DNA of 64,000 nt from Cyanobacteriota bacterium (GTDB taxonomy: Bacteria; Cyanobacteriota; Cyanobacteriia; Thermostichales; Thermostichaceae): assembly GCA_033764955.1 (NCBI GenBank), contig JANRIL010000022.1, positions 8,986 to 72,985 of the forward strand, given 5' to 3'. Shown piece by piece: positions 1-9,100 of the stretch (position 1 is the first letter of the stretch; each line of letters begins with the position of its first letter). Under the pieces are notes generated by a model, which saw only the letters and a list, made by a program, of their open reading frames with translations, had not been told where the DNA came from and searched no databases. The position numbers were made by a program, and so were the translations under genes.

Positions 1-63
1 GCGAGCCGTGCCAATGTGCAGGTTGCCGGTAGGACTGGGGGCAATGCGTACTCGGATACTCAC
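1..63 (-). CDS. gltX: Glutamate--tRNA ligase, 5' end only (runs off window)
   Basis: Reverse strand from GTG at 63 reads (M)SIRVRIAPSPTGNLHIGTAR, the GluRS N-terminus with HIGH-type motif; not in the ORF track. Confidence 0.93.
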   Translation of the reverse strand, partial: MSIRVRIAPSPTGNLHIGTAR

Positions 64-125
64 CAAAACCTAAGGATCCCCAACGAAGCAAGTTTTTATT
101 CTATCCTTTCCCTCTCCCCCCTCAC

Positions 126-635
126 TTAAATTGTCGGGTCACTCAACATCCCCGCCGCCTGGGGATCAAAGCCTGGGGGGAATTGGGTGAAGGCATCATA
201 AACAGCTTGGCTGAGGGTGGCTAATTTGAGCTGGCAATCTTGTAAGTTGGATCCCTGTAACTGGGCTTGACTGAGGTTGCTGCCCGTTAAATCTGCCCCT
301 CTCAGATCCGCCTGGGTGAGGTTGGCGGCGGTAAGGTTGGATCCTCGCAGACTGGCTTTTTGCAGGTTGGTCTGGGCCAGATTAGCGTGGACAAGGGTAG
401 CCAATCGCAGGTTGGATCCCTCTAGGTTGGCCTGGGATAGCTGAGTCTGATAAAGATAAGCTCGTTCTAAGTTGGAGGACTCCATCTGGGCAGCGCATAA
501 ATCAGCGCCACTCAGATCGACCCCTGCCAGTTGCGCCCCCTGCAAGACAGCTTGTGGCAGTTTGCTCCCGCTAAAATCCCGTTCTCCCTTGGCAAAACCA
601 CTCAGGATCTCGGCAGTGGTTTCTAGTGCTGGCAT
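126..635 (-). CDS. Pentapeptide repeat protein
   Basis: GERDFSG start followed by tandem A(D/N)LxxA pentapeptides; C-terminal AVYDAFTQFPPGFDP typical of cyanobacterial members. Confidence 0.92.
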   Translation of the reverse strand: MPALETTAEILSGFAKGERDFSGSKLPQAVLQGAQLAGVDLSGADLCAAQMESSNLERAYLYQTQLSQANLEGSNLRLATLVHANLAQTNLQKASLRGSNLTAANLTQADLRGADLTGSNLSQAQLQGSNLQDCQLKLATLSQAVYDAFTQFPPGFDPQAAGMLSDPTI

Positions 636-747
636 AAAATCTCACCCAATCCCTTGGTAATGATTTTAATGCCCTATCCACAACCCCTAGTCCTCCACCG
701 GCAAAATTCCTGAGGCGAGTTTCCTCAGATCAAGAGGTTGGTAGGGA

Positions 748-927
748 CTAAACCTCATCCTTCATGGGTTGATCGTCCGTTTGGTCAGTAGCTCCTAGGG
801 ATTGTCCTTCCGAATGCCAGTTATCCTGCCGCCGTTGGAAACGACCCGTTGGGGGTTTGCGAAACTTACGGGCATAGGCTTTGTTGCGAGCCGCTTTTTC
901 CCGTTTTGGATTCCGACGCTTAGACAT
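748..927 (-). CDS. Small conserved-type cyanobacterial protein, 59 aa, basic N-terminus and acidic C-terminus
   Basis: Manual translation MSKRRNPKREKAARNKAYARKFRKPPTGRFQRRQDNWHSEGQSLGATDQTDDQPMKDEV*; GAGGAG SD upstream; just below the 60-aa ORF cutoff. Confidence 0.8.
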   Translation of the reverse strand: MSKRRNPKREKAARNKAYARKFRKPPTGRFQRRQDNWHSEGQSLGATDQTDDQPMKDEV

Positions 928-985
928 AAAAAAACTCCTCAGATCCTGAAAGATCTGTTACAAACCATTCCGCTTATAAAGCAAC

Positions 986-1023
986 AGAAAGAAACAATAG
1001 CAAGGAGCCGAAACCCCTTGCTA
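986..1023 (-). terminator. Hairpin with TTCG loop followed by T-rich tract (terminator-like)
   Basis: Minus strand TAGCAAGGGGT-TTCG-GCTCCTTGCTA (11-bp stem with two G-U pairs) then TTGTTTCTTTCT. Confidence 0.55.
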
Positions 1024-1205
1024 CCGTTGCTAGCTCACACCCCATTTAGGCTCACCAAAACCTATATGCTTAGCAATTGCTACCCAGCAATCACCTTAAA
1101 TGAAGGGGAAAGTGGCATGACTATGGGATCCTGATGAGATGGGGAAAGCCAAGATCTCTCTTCTGGATCATTCCATGCAGAGAAATCTATTGGGTGATGG
1201 CCTAT

Positions 1206-1535
1206 TTAGAAACGTCGCTCGGAGCGGTTGAAGCTTCCACCGCCACGGCTATCCCGTTGTCCATAACGGGTCCCACCGCCACCGCCGCTATTTTCACGGG
1301 GCTGGGCTTTGTTAACCCGTAGGTCACGCCCCATCCACTCCGCTCCATCCAAAGCTTGAATAGCTGCTGCCTCTTCCGCTTCATTCGCCAAATCAATAAA
1401 GGCAAACCCCCGCATCCGTCCAGTTTCTCGATCGGTGGGTAGCTTCACCTGTTTAACGGTGCCATATTCAGAAAAAATTTCCGAAACGTTTTCTGATGTA
1501 ACTTTGAACGACAAGTTACCGACAAAAATGGTCAT
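1206..1535 (-). CDS. rbp: RRM RNA-binding protein with Gly-rich tail (cyanobacterial Rbp)
   Basis: MTIFVGNL (RNP2), RMRGFAFI (RNP1), DGAEWMGRDLRVNKA, Gly-rich C-terminus; GGAGA SD before ATG at 1535. Confidence 0.96.
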   Translation of the reverse strand: MTIFVGNLSFKVTSENVSEIFSEYGTVKQVKLPTDRETGRMRGFAFIDLANEAEEAAAIQALDGAEWMGRDLRVNKAQPRENSGGGGGTRYGQRDSRGGGSFNRSERRF

Positions 1536-1630
1536 GATCATCTCCAAGTTTACTGATGCACTGTTTTCTTCTGTGGAGATGTCTGCCGAAGTACAAACTA
1601 ACTCTACAAAGTCAACTCGCTTCCGATAAG
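1536..1630 (-). promoter_or_regulatory. rbp 5'-UTR with an SD-sequestering inverted repeat
   Basis: On the mRNA, CATCTCCA (+ strand 1574-1581) is complementary to TGGAGATG (1539-1546) that contains the SD; TTCGGC and TTTGT..AGT elements resemble conserved rbp leader boxes. Confidence 0.55.
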
Positions 1631-1740
1631 CATAGCACAGTCCTATAAAGGGGGGAGTAATGTTACAACTGTTGGTATTAGGCTGACGGCTCCGCTTATC
1701 CTATATGCATAGATAGCTACAAACCACACTGGAGGCGGAG

Positions 1741-1902
1741 ATGAACATTCAAAAGTTTCCCAACAAACCCAGCAAATCCCATCTTGACTCCGAAAGCTAT
1801 CGGCAATGGCTAGTCAGAGATGGCAATCGCCGCTTCCAGGAATGGCATTGTGCATTTTTGGCCTATCAAAAGCGGTTTCTTCAGGAGATCAAGCAAAGCT
1901 AG
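1741..1902 (+). CDS. Small hypothetical protein, 53 aa
   Basis: MNIQKFPNKPSKSHLDSESYRQWLVRDGNRRFQEWHCAFLAYQKRFLQEIKQS*; GGAGG SD directly upstream; fills otherwise empty space divergent from rbp. Confidence 0.6.
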   Translation: MNIQKFPNKPSKSHLDSESYRQWLVRDGNRRFQEWHCAFLAYQKRFLQEIKQS

Positions 1903-1991
1903 GGGTTGAACCCTCGGTAGGGTGGGAGAGTCTTAAGGGTATGGGATGCCTTTTTGGCTAATCTCTATCCCCACTACCAAAGCATAAGACT

Positions 1992-2687
1992 ATGAAAGTA
2001 TCTCTCCTGACTGGATTGATCATCATCGGGTTAACCCTAGGCTGGAGCTTAGAGGGAGAAACCCGTACCCGTACCCGCACCACCACGGGGCAGCAAGGAC
2101 GCAGCGTGACGGCCCAATCTACGGCTTCTGCCAGCGGAGGAGGGCAATACTCTCGTCAAGGCACTTACCAAACCACAGGGCGACAGGGACAAATCCCCAT
2201 CGGCAGCTTTGCGGGATCCGGCACCCTCACCCATACGCCAGGGCAGGGGATCCAGAACGACTACACAGGTATGATTACTAATCAGTCTGGGCAAACCTGG
2301 GGAGTGGAGCGCTCGGCTACCTACAGCCAAACCGAGGGATCCCGGCAGCGTTCGGGCACTACCACCGTTACCGACCCTCAAGGAGCCGTGGTGGGAAGTA
2401 GCCAAAGCACGACCTCCTATACTCCCGAAACGGGCTTTCTTCGGAATGGCACCACCACCCGTCGCGGTACCACCACCACCAGCGAATCCACCGCTACTCA
2501 ACAGGGGGATGGCACTTGGCAAAAAAACACCCAGGTTAGTAATAGTCAGGGGGAGACTGTTGCCGGAGCCACCACCAGCATTGATATTACCTGTTCGGGA
2601 TCCCAAACCTGTAGCAAAACCGTAAGCGGCGAGACGTTGCGGGGATATCCCATTGATCGGCAAACGACCATTCAGCTCAATCCCTAG
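1992..2687 (+). CDS. Exported Thr/Gly/Ser/Gln-rich hypothetical protein
   Basis: Signal-peptide-like N-terminus MKVSLLTGLIIIGLTLGWS; repeated beta-hairpin-like T-x-T..QG motifs. Confidence 0.75.
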   Translation: MKVSLLTGLIIIGLTLGWSLEGETRTRTRTTTGQQGRSVTAQSTASASGGGQYSRQGTYQTTGRQGQIPIGSFAGSGTLTHTPGQGIQNDYTGMITNQSGQTWGVERSATYSQTEGSRQRSGTTTVTDPQGAVVGSSQSTTSYTPETGFLRNGTTTRRGTTTTSESTATQQGDGTWQKNTQVSNSQGETVAGATTSIDITCSGSQTCSKTVSGETLRGYPIDRQTTIQLNP

Positions 2688-2770
2688 AGTCTTTGGCGGC
2701 GTCTTTTGCATAACTCCAAACTATTGGATCAACTGTCGCCTTCATGTCCACATCCCGAACGTGAAGCGAG

Positions 2771-3310
2771 TTAGGCTTTGCGATCCAAGATCCCATTAAT
2801 CCAAAGGACAGTCAGAAGGTTGACAAAGTGAGCTAAGGAAACAATCCCATTGGTGGCTAATAACCATACCCCCGATACTTGATTGGCTTGGGTACGAGAT
2901 AACAATCTCAAGACCAGCTCACCAATTTGGGCTTGCAAGCCAATCAGGGATAACAGGATACCCACAAGACTAATGTAGAGAATGGGTTGCAGTTGGGCTG
3001 TCACGGACAGGGTTGGGGACGGACGCCCCCAGAGGAGGAATCGCCACGCATAAAAAATGCCTCCTGCCAGACTAGACAGGGTAGAAATAGTCACCCAGAA
3101 GGCCAACCAAGCCCCTGAAGAAGAATCTCGATAGATGCCAAACTGTCCAAACAGGAAAAACAACAAGGGGATCAGGGCTAAAACACCCAACCCCACCTGA
3201 ATCCAGAAACTAATCTTTCCCAGAGAAGTCAAACGTCGTTGGCTTTCTGCTGGGGTAATCGGCTGAATGGGAGAGGGTTTCTCTGAGTTGTCCACGGGCA
3301 GATCCTCCAC
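2771..3310 (-). CDS. DUF3611-family membrane protein
   Basis: LGKISFWIQVGLGV motif, four hydrophobic segments, AHF near C-terminus. Confidence 0.7.
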   Translation of the reverse strand: MEDLPVDNSEKPSPIQPITPAESQRRLTSLGKISFWIQVGLGVLALIPLLFFLFGQFGIYRDSSSGAWLAFWVTISTLSSLAGGIFYAWRFLLWGRPSPTLSVTAQLQPILYISLVGILLSLIGLQAQIGELVLRLLSRTQANQVSGVWLLATNGIVSLAHFVNLLTVLWINGILDRKA

Positions 3311-3375
3311 GCCCTTGCCTGTACGATGCTCCCTCTAGAGTAGCCTGCCTTTTTCGCTGCCCCAACTTTTTTCCT

Positions 3376-3813
3376 CTAGGGGGAATTGAGGGAGGTGGGC
3401 TGAGGGGAACTGGCCTGTAGGGTCAAAATTTCTTGCTCAATTTGAGTTTTGAGGGCTTCTCCATCGGATCCTTTCAGGCGTAAGGTGATGCGGTTATAGT
3501 CAGAAACCGTCATGCCATTTCCAGTAATGATCTCAGTGGCCTTGCGAATAAATTGGCGACGGATCTCGTCTTTGGCATTGCGATCAGTGGTCTCTTCGGC
3601 CTGTTTTTGAGCCTCTAAGCGATGGGGTTCGAGTTCTAGCACCACTTTGGCAAATAGGCTGATCTGTTCGGGGCTGATCCCCTCTTGGGAGGTGGTTTGA
3701 GCCAAAACCCTCGGCGAGCCGAGTTCATATCCTGGCAGAACACCCAGCCATCCCAGGATCCCGACTGTGCAGACAGCAATCCCTCCCATCCAACTTCGCA
3801 TCGTTTTCCTCAT
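3376..3813 (-). CDS. DUF4168-domain exported protein
   Basis: Signal peptide; ISPEQISLFAKVVLELEP and IITGNGMTVSDYNRIT motifs. Confidence 0.7.
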   Translation of the reverse strand: MRKTMRSWMGGIAVCTVGILGWLGVLPGYELGSPRVLAQTTSQEGISPEQISLFAKVVLELEPHRLEAQKQAEETTDRNAKDEIRRQFIRKATEIITGNGMTVSDYNRITLRLKGSDGEALKTQIEQEILTLQASSPQPTSLNSP

Positions 3814-3992
3814 ACCCCAACCTACCGTTTTCTAGACTCCATCTCAAATAATCATGACTTAAGCACACCTGAGTATCCTTTCTAGACCAGAAATCAACCC
3901 AGAAGTTCCATGTTTTTGCTGTCAGGGATCCCTGCTGGAGGTCGCAGGAACAGGGATAATAGGATCGTTGCACAACTTTACTCCCCACAGGT

Positions 3993-5072
3993 ATGGCTCC
4001 TCCCTTGCTTTCAACTGCTGTGTCTCGTCGCGCTGTTTTTCCTTTCACAGCCATTGTTGGGCAAGAGGAGATGAAATTGGCCTTGCTGTTGAATGTGATC
4101 GATCCCAAGATTGGTGGAGTCTTGATCATGGGGGATCGCGGCACGGGTAAATCCACGACGATTCGGGCATTGGCTGATCTCCTGCCCAAGATTGAAGTGG
4201 TGGCAGAGGATCCATTTAACAGCCACCCTACCCAGCCTGATTTGATGAGTGATCAGGTGCGTCAACGCCTGCAATCGGGAGAAACCCTACCCATCACCTG
4301 GAAGCAAGTGCCGATGGTGGATCTACCTCTGGGAGCCACCGAAGATCGAGTGTGTGGGACGATCGATATTGAGAAAGCTCTGGCGGAAGGGGTAAAAGCT
4401 TTTGAGCCGGGGCTGTTGGCTAAAGCCAATCGCGGCATCTTATATGTGGACGAAGTCAATTTGCTGGATGACCATCTGGTGGATGTGTTACTCGATGCAG
4501 CGGCTTCTGGTTGGAACACCGTGGAGCGGGAAGGTATTTCCATCCGCCATCCGGCTCGCTTTGTTTTGGTGGGATCCGGTAACCCCGAAGAGGGTGAGCT
4601 ACGCCCGCAGCTTTTGGATCGCTTTGGTATGTTTGTCGAGATCGAAACGGTTCGGGATCCAGTCTTGCGAGTGCGGATTGTGGAGGAACGCAGTCAATTT
4701 GATCTGGAACCCCAAAGCTTTTTACAGCAATATACTGAGGCGCAAGCCAAGCTATTGCAACAAATCCAGGCGGCTCAGACCCTTTTACCCAGCATTATTT
4801 TGGATCCGGAATTGCGGCTAAATATCTCGGCTGTCTGTGCGGCGTTGGATGTGGATGGACTGCGGGGGGATATCGTCACCAATCGCGCCGCCAAAGCCTT
4901 GGCTGCCCTGGAAGGACGGCGAGAAGTAACCCTATCGGATATTCGTAAGGTGATCGGTTTGTGCCTGCGCCACCGCCTCCGCAAGGATCCCTTGGAAACC
5001 ATTGATTCGGGATACAAAGTGGAGAAAGTTTTCTGCGAAGTGTTTCGGGTCGCTCAATCGGATGCTGCCTGA
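3993..5072 (+). CDS. chlI: Magnesium chelatase ATPase subunit I
   Basis: [16 protein letters not shown], Walker [28 protein letters not shown]. Confidence 0.98.
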   Translation: MAPPLLSTAVSRRAVFPFTAIVGQEEMKLALLLNVIDPKIGGVLIMGDRGTGKSTTIRALADLLPKIEVVAEDPFNSHPTQPDLMSDQVRQRLQSGETLPITWKQVPMVDLPLGATEDRVCGTIDIEKALAEGVKAFEPGLLAKANRGILYVDEVNLLDDHLVDVLLDAAASGWNTVEREGISIRHPARFVLVGSGNPEEGELRPQLLDRFGMFVEIETVRDPVLRVRIVEERSQFDLEPQSFLQQYTEAQAKLLQQIQAAQTLLPSIILDPELRLNISAVCAALDVDGLRGDIVTNRAAKALAALEGRREVTLSDIRKVIGLCLRHRLRKDPLETIDSGYKVEKVFCEVFRVAQSDAA

Positions 5073-5341
5073 CAGTGTTAGGGGGTTGGCAAGTCGAACC
5101 AATCTACCTCGCAACAGGCGTTCGTAGTGCCCTATAGGTAATGCTGAAAAATTCAGTAGGCTGCTTATTGAGAGGGAGTAAAGTCTACAACCCTCATCCC
5201 AGGTTATCGATTCTCAATAAGCTAACCCTGTAGAATATCCTGGTATTTCATAGTCATTCCTTGCATAGAACTGCCTTGCAGACGAAGTGAAGTCAATTCA
5301 GATTGAGAGTCTAACGTTCCCAATCAGGCACAGCCATCAGG

Positions 5342-6286
5342 CTATACCCCCAAGATCTGCCCCACTTGCAAGCGGGATCCATTGACAAAATCCCAGGCAG
5401 ATTGAGCCTTTTTGTTGGCAGGCTGAACCTCCGTAATCAAGAGGGGATGGGATCCCGTTTGTACACGAAATCCCTGGTTTTTCACAAGTTGCACAATACT
5501 ACCCACGGGCAGGCTGGGATGCGGGGACATTAGCGGAGACTGCCCGCAATGGGAGCGGATTATTTTCAACCGTTCGCCCTGCAAAGTGGTAAAACAGTCT
5601 GGCGAAAAAGCCCGAATTTGATTGTGCAAAGTTTGAGCCGAACGCTGCCAATCCAACTCAAAATCCTTGGGTTTTAGCAAGGGGGCATAGCTAGCCAACT
5701 GCTCATCCTGTGGGATCGGGGTTAGGGATCCCCATTGGCGGAGGGTATCCACCAACAACCTAGCCCCCAGATCAGCCAGCACCTCAGCTAATTCTGCTCC
5801 CGTTTGTTCGCTGCCGATCTCTACTTCTGCCTTGAGCAACATGGCTCCCGTGTCCATACCAGCATCCATCAACATGGTGGTAATTCCTGTCCGAGTTTCC
5901 CCCTGAGCGATCGCCCATTGAATCGGAGCTGCCCCCCGATAGGCGGGCAAGAGGGATCCATGCACATTCACACAGCCCAAATGCGGCATATCCAAAACCT
6001 GTTGAGACAAAATCTGCCCATACGCCACCACCACAAATACATCCGCCCGCCAATCCCCCAGTTGCTGCAGGGTTTCTGGCGACTTGCGTAACCGTTCCGG
6101 TTGGCAGATTGGGATCCCATGCGCTTCCGCCAGCAACTTGACTGGGGTTGCCACCAGCTTCCGCCCGCGCCCTTGGGGACGATCCGGCTGAGACACCACC
6201 CCCACTACCTCAAACTCAGGCTGATCAATCAAGATTTGTAAGCTGGCTAGAGCAAAACTGGGAGTACCAAAAAAAACAATACGCAT
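5342..6286 (-). CDS. fmt: Methionyl-tRNA formyltransferase
   Basis: MRIVFFGTP, QPDRPQGRG, NVHGSLLPAYRGAAPIQW, MDAGMDTG. Confidence 0.97.
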   Translation of the reverse strand: MRIVFFGTPSFALASLQILIDQPEFEVVGVVSQPDRPQGRGRKLVATPVKLLAEAHGIPICQPERLRKSPETLQQLGDWRADVFVVVAYGQILSQQVLDMPHLGCVNVHGSLLPAYRGAAPIQWAIAQGETRTGITTMLMDAGMDTGAMLLKAEVEIGSEQTGAELAEVLADLGARLLVDTLRQWGSLTPIPQDEQLASYAPLLKPKDFELDWQRSAQTLHNQIRAFSPDCFTTLQGERLKIIRSHCGQSPLMSPHPSLPVGSIVQLVKNQGFRVQTGSHPLLITEVQPANKKAQSAWDFVNGSRLQVGQILGV

Positions 6287-6896
6287 CTGGCACTCTCAAG
6301 ATTGAGGTAACAACACAACAAACTCAGTTGCTTTAACTATCGCAATTGCCTGATACTCCCTTAAGAATAAAAGATGTTTATCATCGGTAACAATTTATCG
6401 CCAGCAACAATATTAAGTTGCACCACCAACAACAGCACATTTAACAACCTTATCATCGTCCGGATCAGCAGATACCGCACGGGCGTTGCATTCTGACACA
6501 ATGCGTTACACTTTAGGGTTTACAACCAGACGACTCATCCACATTACAAAGTTTCCCTCCTGACAGACAGTTAGTTGAATATATCTCAATTTACCCAATA
6601 GTTCTTTCCCATAAAGTTTTGGTATCTCTATCATCTGAGTTGGTTGCTCTACCCGCAGAGAGTGGGTCAGTTTGGATATTGCACGGGATCCCAAACCCAC
6701 TCTTGAGAGACTTGTGATCTCATGGGGAAGGGAAAATAATCCTTAAAAAAACATGACATCTCAAAATCTTACGTATTTTCTCGATACCCACATCAAAAGA
6801 ATCCGTCCATACTCGAAAAGCCAAAAGAAAGTCATAGGTATTTAGACTCTCTGGTCAGACGAGTTGAGGAATTGGCTGATTGGTGTGGGGAAGGCA

Positions 6897-7106
6897 ATGA
6901 ACACAACCATCCTGAAGCGCCTGCTGATTACATCGGTGGGAGGGGGATTATTAATAGGCAGTGGCTTGTTTGCCCTTTGGAATGGCATCTTAGTGCCCCT
7001 TTGGGGAGTGGATCCGCTATCTGATTTTTGGCGGAACAATCTTCGTTCGATTGAAGCCATGACCTTTTGGTCTCTCTGGCGATTAAGTGGTTCTCAGCCC
7101 CGCTAG
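6897..7106 (+). CDS. Small hypothetical membrane protein
   Basis: ATG at 6897 after purine-rich GGGGAAGG; one hydrophobic segment; stop overlaps the convergent gene; no recognised family. Confidence 0.4.
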   Translation: MNTTILKRLLITSVGGGLLIGSGLFALWNGILVPLWGVDPLSDFWRNNLRSIEAMTFWSLWRLSGSQPR

Positions 7107-7900
7107 ACCGGCTTCTGAGCTATGGTGCCGACGTTAGCATAATAAATTGCCCAGCAAGTGGGATCCAGAGCAAAATGCTGATAGGCGGCAATATCTTGAG
7201 GTTCAACCTCTCCAGTTGCTAGATAGGTTGTGGCTAAGTGGCGGGCAGACATCTGCATAATTTGGGCAATCTCCGATCCTCCCGCCGCTAATAGCGCATC
7301 ACTTTCCACCCTTAGCTTCTCTAGTCCCCAAGCTTGCAGGAGAGCCGGTAGCCGGCTACCCAGGGCGGGATCCATCTGACGCTGGGCAAACATCTTCAAG
7401 ATGGCACGATTGACTCGCTCCACAGAGGGGGATCCCTCTCCGACAATCGCTCGTGCGACGGCAAAGTCCGGCTCCTCCAAAACCAGCCATCCCCCCGGTT
7501 TGAGGAAGTGCAGCATCTTCTGGAGGGCTTGTGGGTAGTTGGGGATGTGGATGAGCAGACAACGGGCGTGAACCAAATCAAAATGTTCCTGGGGCAGCTC
7601 CAGATGAATGATATCCCCCTCGACAACCGACAGATTGCCCTCCTCCAGGCTAGCCGGGATCCCTTGCAAAAAGCGGGTGTCTCGATCCACCGCCACCACG
7701 CGCCCCGCCGCCCCCACCCAATGGGCGAACCAGCGACTCAGCGAACCAGCTCCTGCCCCCACTTCCAAAACTTGCCAATCGCTACCCCACCCCGTTGCCC
7801 CAATCCGGCGATGACTGACCGGATCAAAGACCTTTTCGATAGCCTGCAATCGCTGCCACTCCTCGTGATGACTGGCTTCGGTAAAGATGTAGTCAGACAT
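7103..7900 (-). CDS. Class I SAM-dependent methyltransferase
   Basis: VLEVGAGAG motif I, VVAVDRD, FDLVHARCLLIH, LKPGGWLVLEE; likely start MSDYIF at 7900 (longer ORF overlaps upstream gene). Confidence 0.9.
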   Translation of the reverse strand: MSDYIFTEASHHEEWQRLQAIEKVFDPVSHRRIGATGWGSDWQVLEVGAGAGSLSRWFAHWVGAAGRVVAVDRDTRFLQGIPASLEEGNLSVVEGDIIHLELPQEHFDLVHARCLLIHIPNYPQALQKMLHFLKPGGWLVLEEPDFAVARAIVGEGSPSVERVNRAILKMFAQRQMDPALGSRLPALLQAWGLEKLRVESDALLAAGGSEIAQIMQMSARHLATTYLATGEVEPQDIAAYQHFALDPTCWAIYYANVGTIAQKPV

Positions 7901-7928
7901 GGCAGAAAATAACCGCAACTTCTCTACT

Positions 7929-8819
7929 CTACGCCTGCACCCGTACCTGCTGCTGCTCCGTCCACCAGGGATCCGAAACAAAAGGCGGAAAGGCAGTCGA
8001 GCCAACTTTACCCAGCAACGCCCGCCGTAGATCCCGATCCAAGCGGGATCCCGTGCCATAGGGATCCGATGGGGGATCGAGACGCTGTCCGAGGGGAGGC
8101 ATGATCATCACCCCTGGCTGGATGCTGGAACCACTCACCCATAGCTTAAATAGATCGCTGCTACTGGTTTCACCCTCTGGCAACGCCATCTGGATCAGAT
8201 ATTTCGGCCCCGCACCCATCAACAACGTTTCATCAGGGCGCAAGCGAGCGGGCTGATCCGGCTGATAGGGATAGACCAGACTCACTTTTTGTTCTCGCCC
8301 CTCCATAACAATCGTATAGACATACAAAGGGGTAGGGGTGAGATTGGTGACGGCAATAGCGAGATATTCTCCCGCCCGCAGCAGCTTTTCACCCGAATGA
8401 TGGCTGGCTAGGGGAGCCACTTCGGGAGCCGTCTGTCGCGTTGCCGGACTGACTAACTGCAAAAATTCCACCTTGAGGGCATTACTGAGGGCATCGGTTG
8501 GGGGAGTGAGTTGGCCAAGATTGCGGTAGGCGGCGATTTGCTCCAAAATCCGCTGCACCTTGCGAGGAACTGCCTGGGAGCGCTTAAACGGGATCCGAAA
8601 GGCCGCCATCGCTACCGCCTGCCCCTGCGGATAAAAACGATAGACCGAGTTGGCTTGCACCTCCACCCGCATATCTGCGGATGTTTCGGATGGAGCTAAG
8701 GTCAACAAGGGGGAATCAAGACTAGCAGCGGCCAGCTCCGGCAAAGGGATATCAGGGGTGACATCCGCCGCCAGAGTAAAAGCAACCTGCAAGCCAGGTA
8801 GTGTCGGTTCGCGGGACAT
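7929..8819 (-). CDS. Hypothetical protein with DUF4384-like Ig-type C-terminal domain
   Basis: LRAGEYLAIAVTNLTPTPLYVYTI..VSLVYP pattern resembles DUF4384-type domains of cyanobacterial caspase-like proteins; no catalytic domain visible. Confidence 0.55.
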   Translation of the reverse strand: MSREPTLPGLQVAFTLAADVTPDIPLPELAAASLDSPLLTLAPSETSADMRVEVQANSVYRFYPQGQAVAMAAFRIPFKRSQAVPRKVQRILEQIAAYRNLGQLTPPTDALSNALKVEFLQLVSPATRQTAPEVAPLASHHSGEKLLRAGEYLAIAVTNLTPTPLYVYTIVMEGREQKVSLVYPYQPDQPARLRPDETLLMGAGPKYLIQMALPEGETSSSDLFKLWVSGSSIQPGVMIMPPLGQRLDPPSDPYGTGSRLDRDLRRALLGKVGSTAFPPFVSDPWWTEQQQVRVQA

Positions 8820-8964
8820 AGCACTAATCTCCCCCACCGGAAGGACTAAACATGAGAGGCTCTGTTAAGAATGACTAAGAAAATAATATCGGGTTCTGTC
8901 GATCCAGAGAGTTGCCGATGGGGATTGGGATCCGCATCGCCCCTATCAAGGCTGAGATCGTGAT

Positions 8965-8982
8965 TTTGTAAAGAGACGTAAA
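8965..8982 (-). promoter_or_regulatory. Putative HLR1 (RpaB) site upstream of psbV
   Basis: Minus strand TTTACGTC-TC-TTTACAAA; imperfect match to the (G/T)TTACA(T/A)(T/A)-N2 direct repeat. Confidence 0.4.
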
Positions 8983-9100
8983 GCCTCTTCAAGTGCGATT
9001 CTGGAGCAACAAATAGTCTATTCTTGATCCTGTTATGTCTTTTGGGGAGTCGCGTTCGGCACTCCTGAGTGGATTTTTAAGGATTGTGTTAAGGAGCCTT

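Noticed and set aside
126..635. 15-bp periodic DNA repeats (AGGTTGG-like) as a repeat array
   Set aside because: Explained by pentapeptide-repeat coding; no spacers.
802..1134. 110-aa plus-strand ORF
   Set aside because: TTG start, no recognisable motifs, and it overlaps the better-supported 59-aa minus-strand ORF and its leader hairpins.
1657..1666. GTAATGTTAC as an NtcA site
   Set aside because: Spacing is GTA-N4-TAC, not the required GTA-N8-TAC.
2049..2711. 220-aa Gly-rich minus-strand ORF
   Set aside because: Antisense shadow of the Thr-rich exported protein (ACC codons read as GGT).
6290..6860. AT-rich intergenic region with short ORFs (6506-6700, 6753-6845) and a weak REP-like stretch near 6480-6510
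   Set aside because: No convincing SD, motif or clean palindrome; cannot support a feature.
7901..8059. N-terminal extension of the methyltransferase ORF
   Set aside because: Overlaps the 3' end of the upstream gene; MSDYIF at 7900 is the more plausible start.
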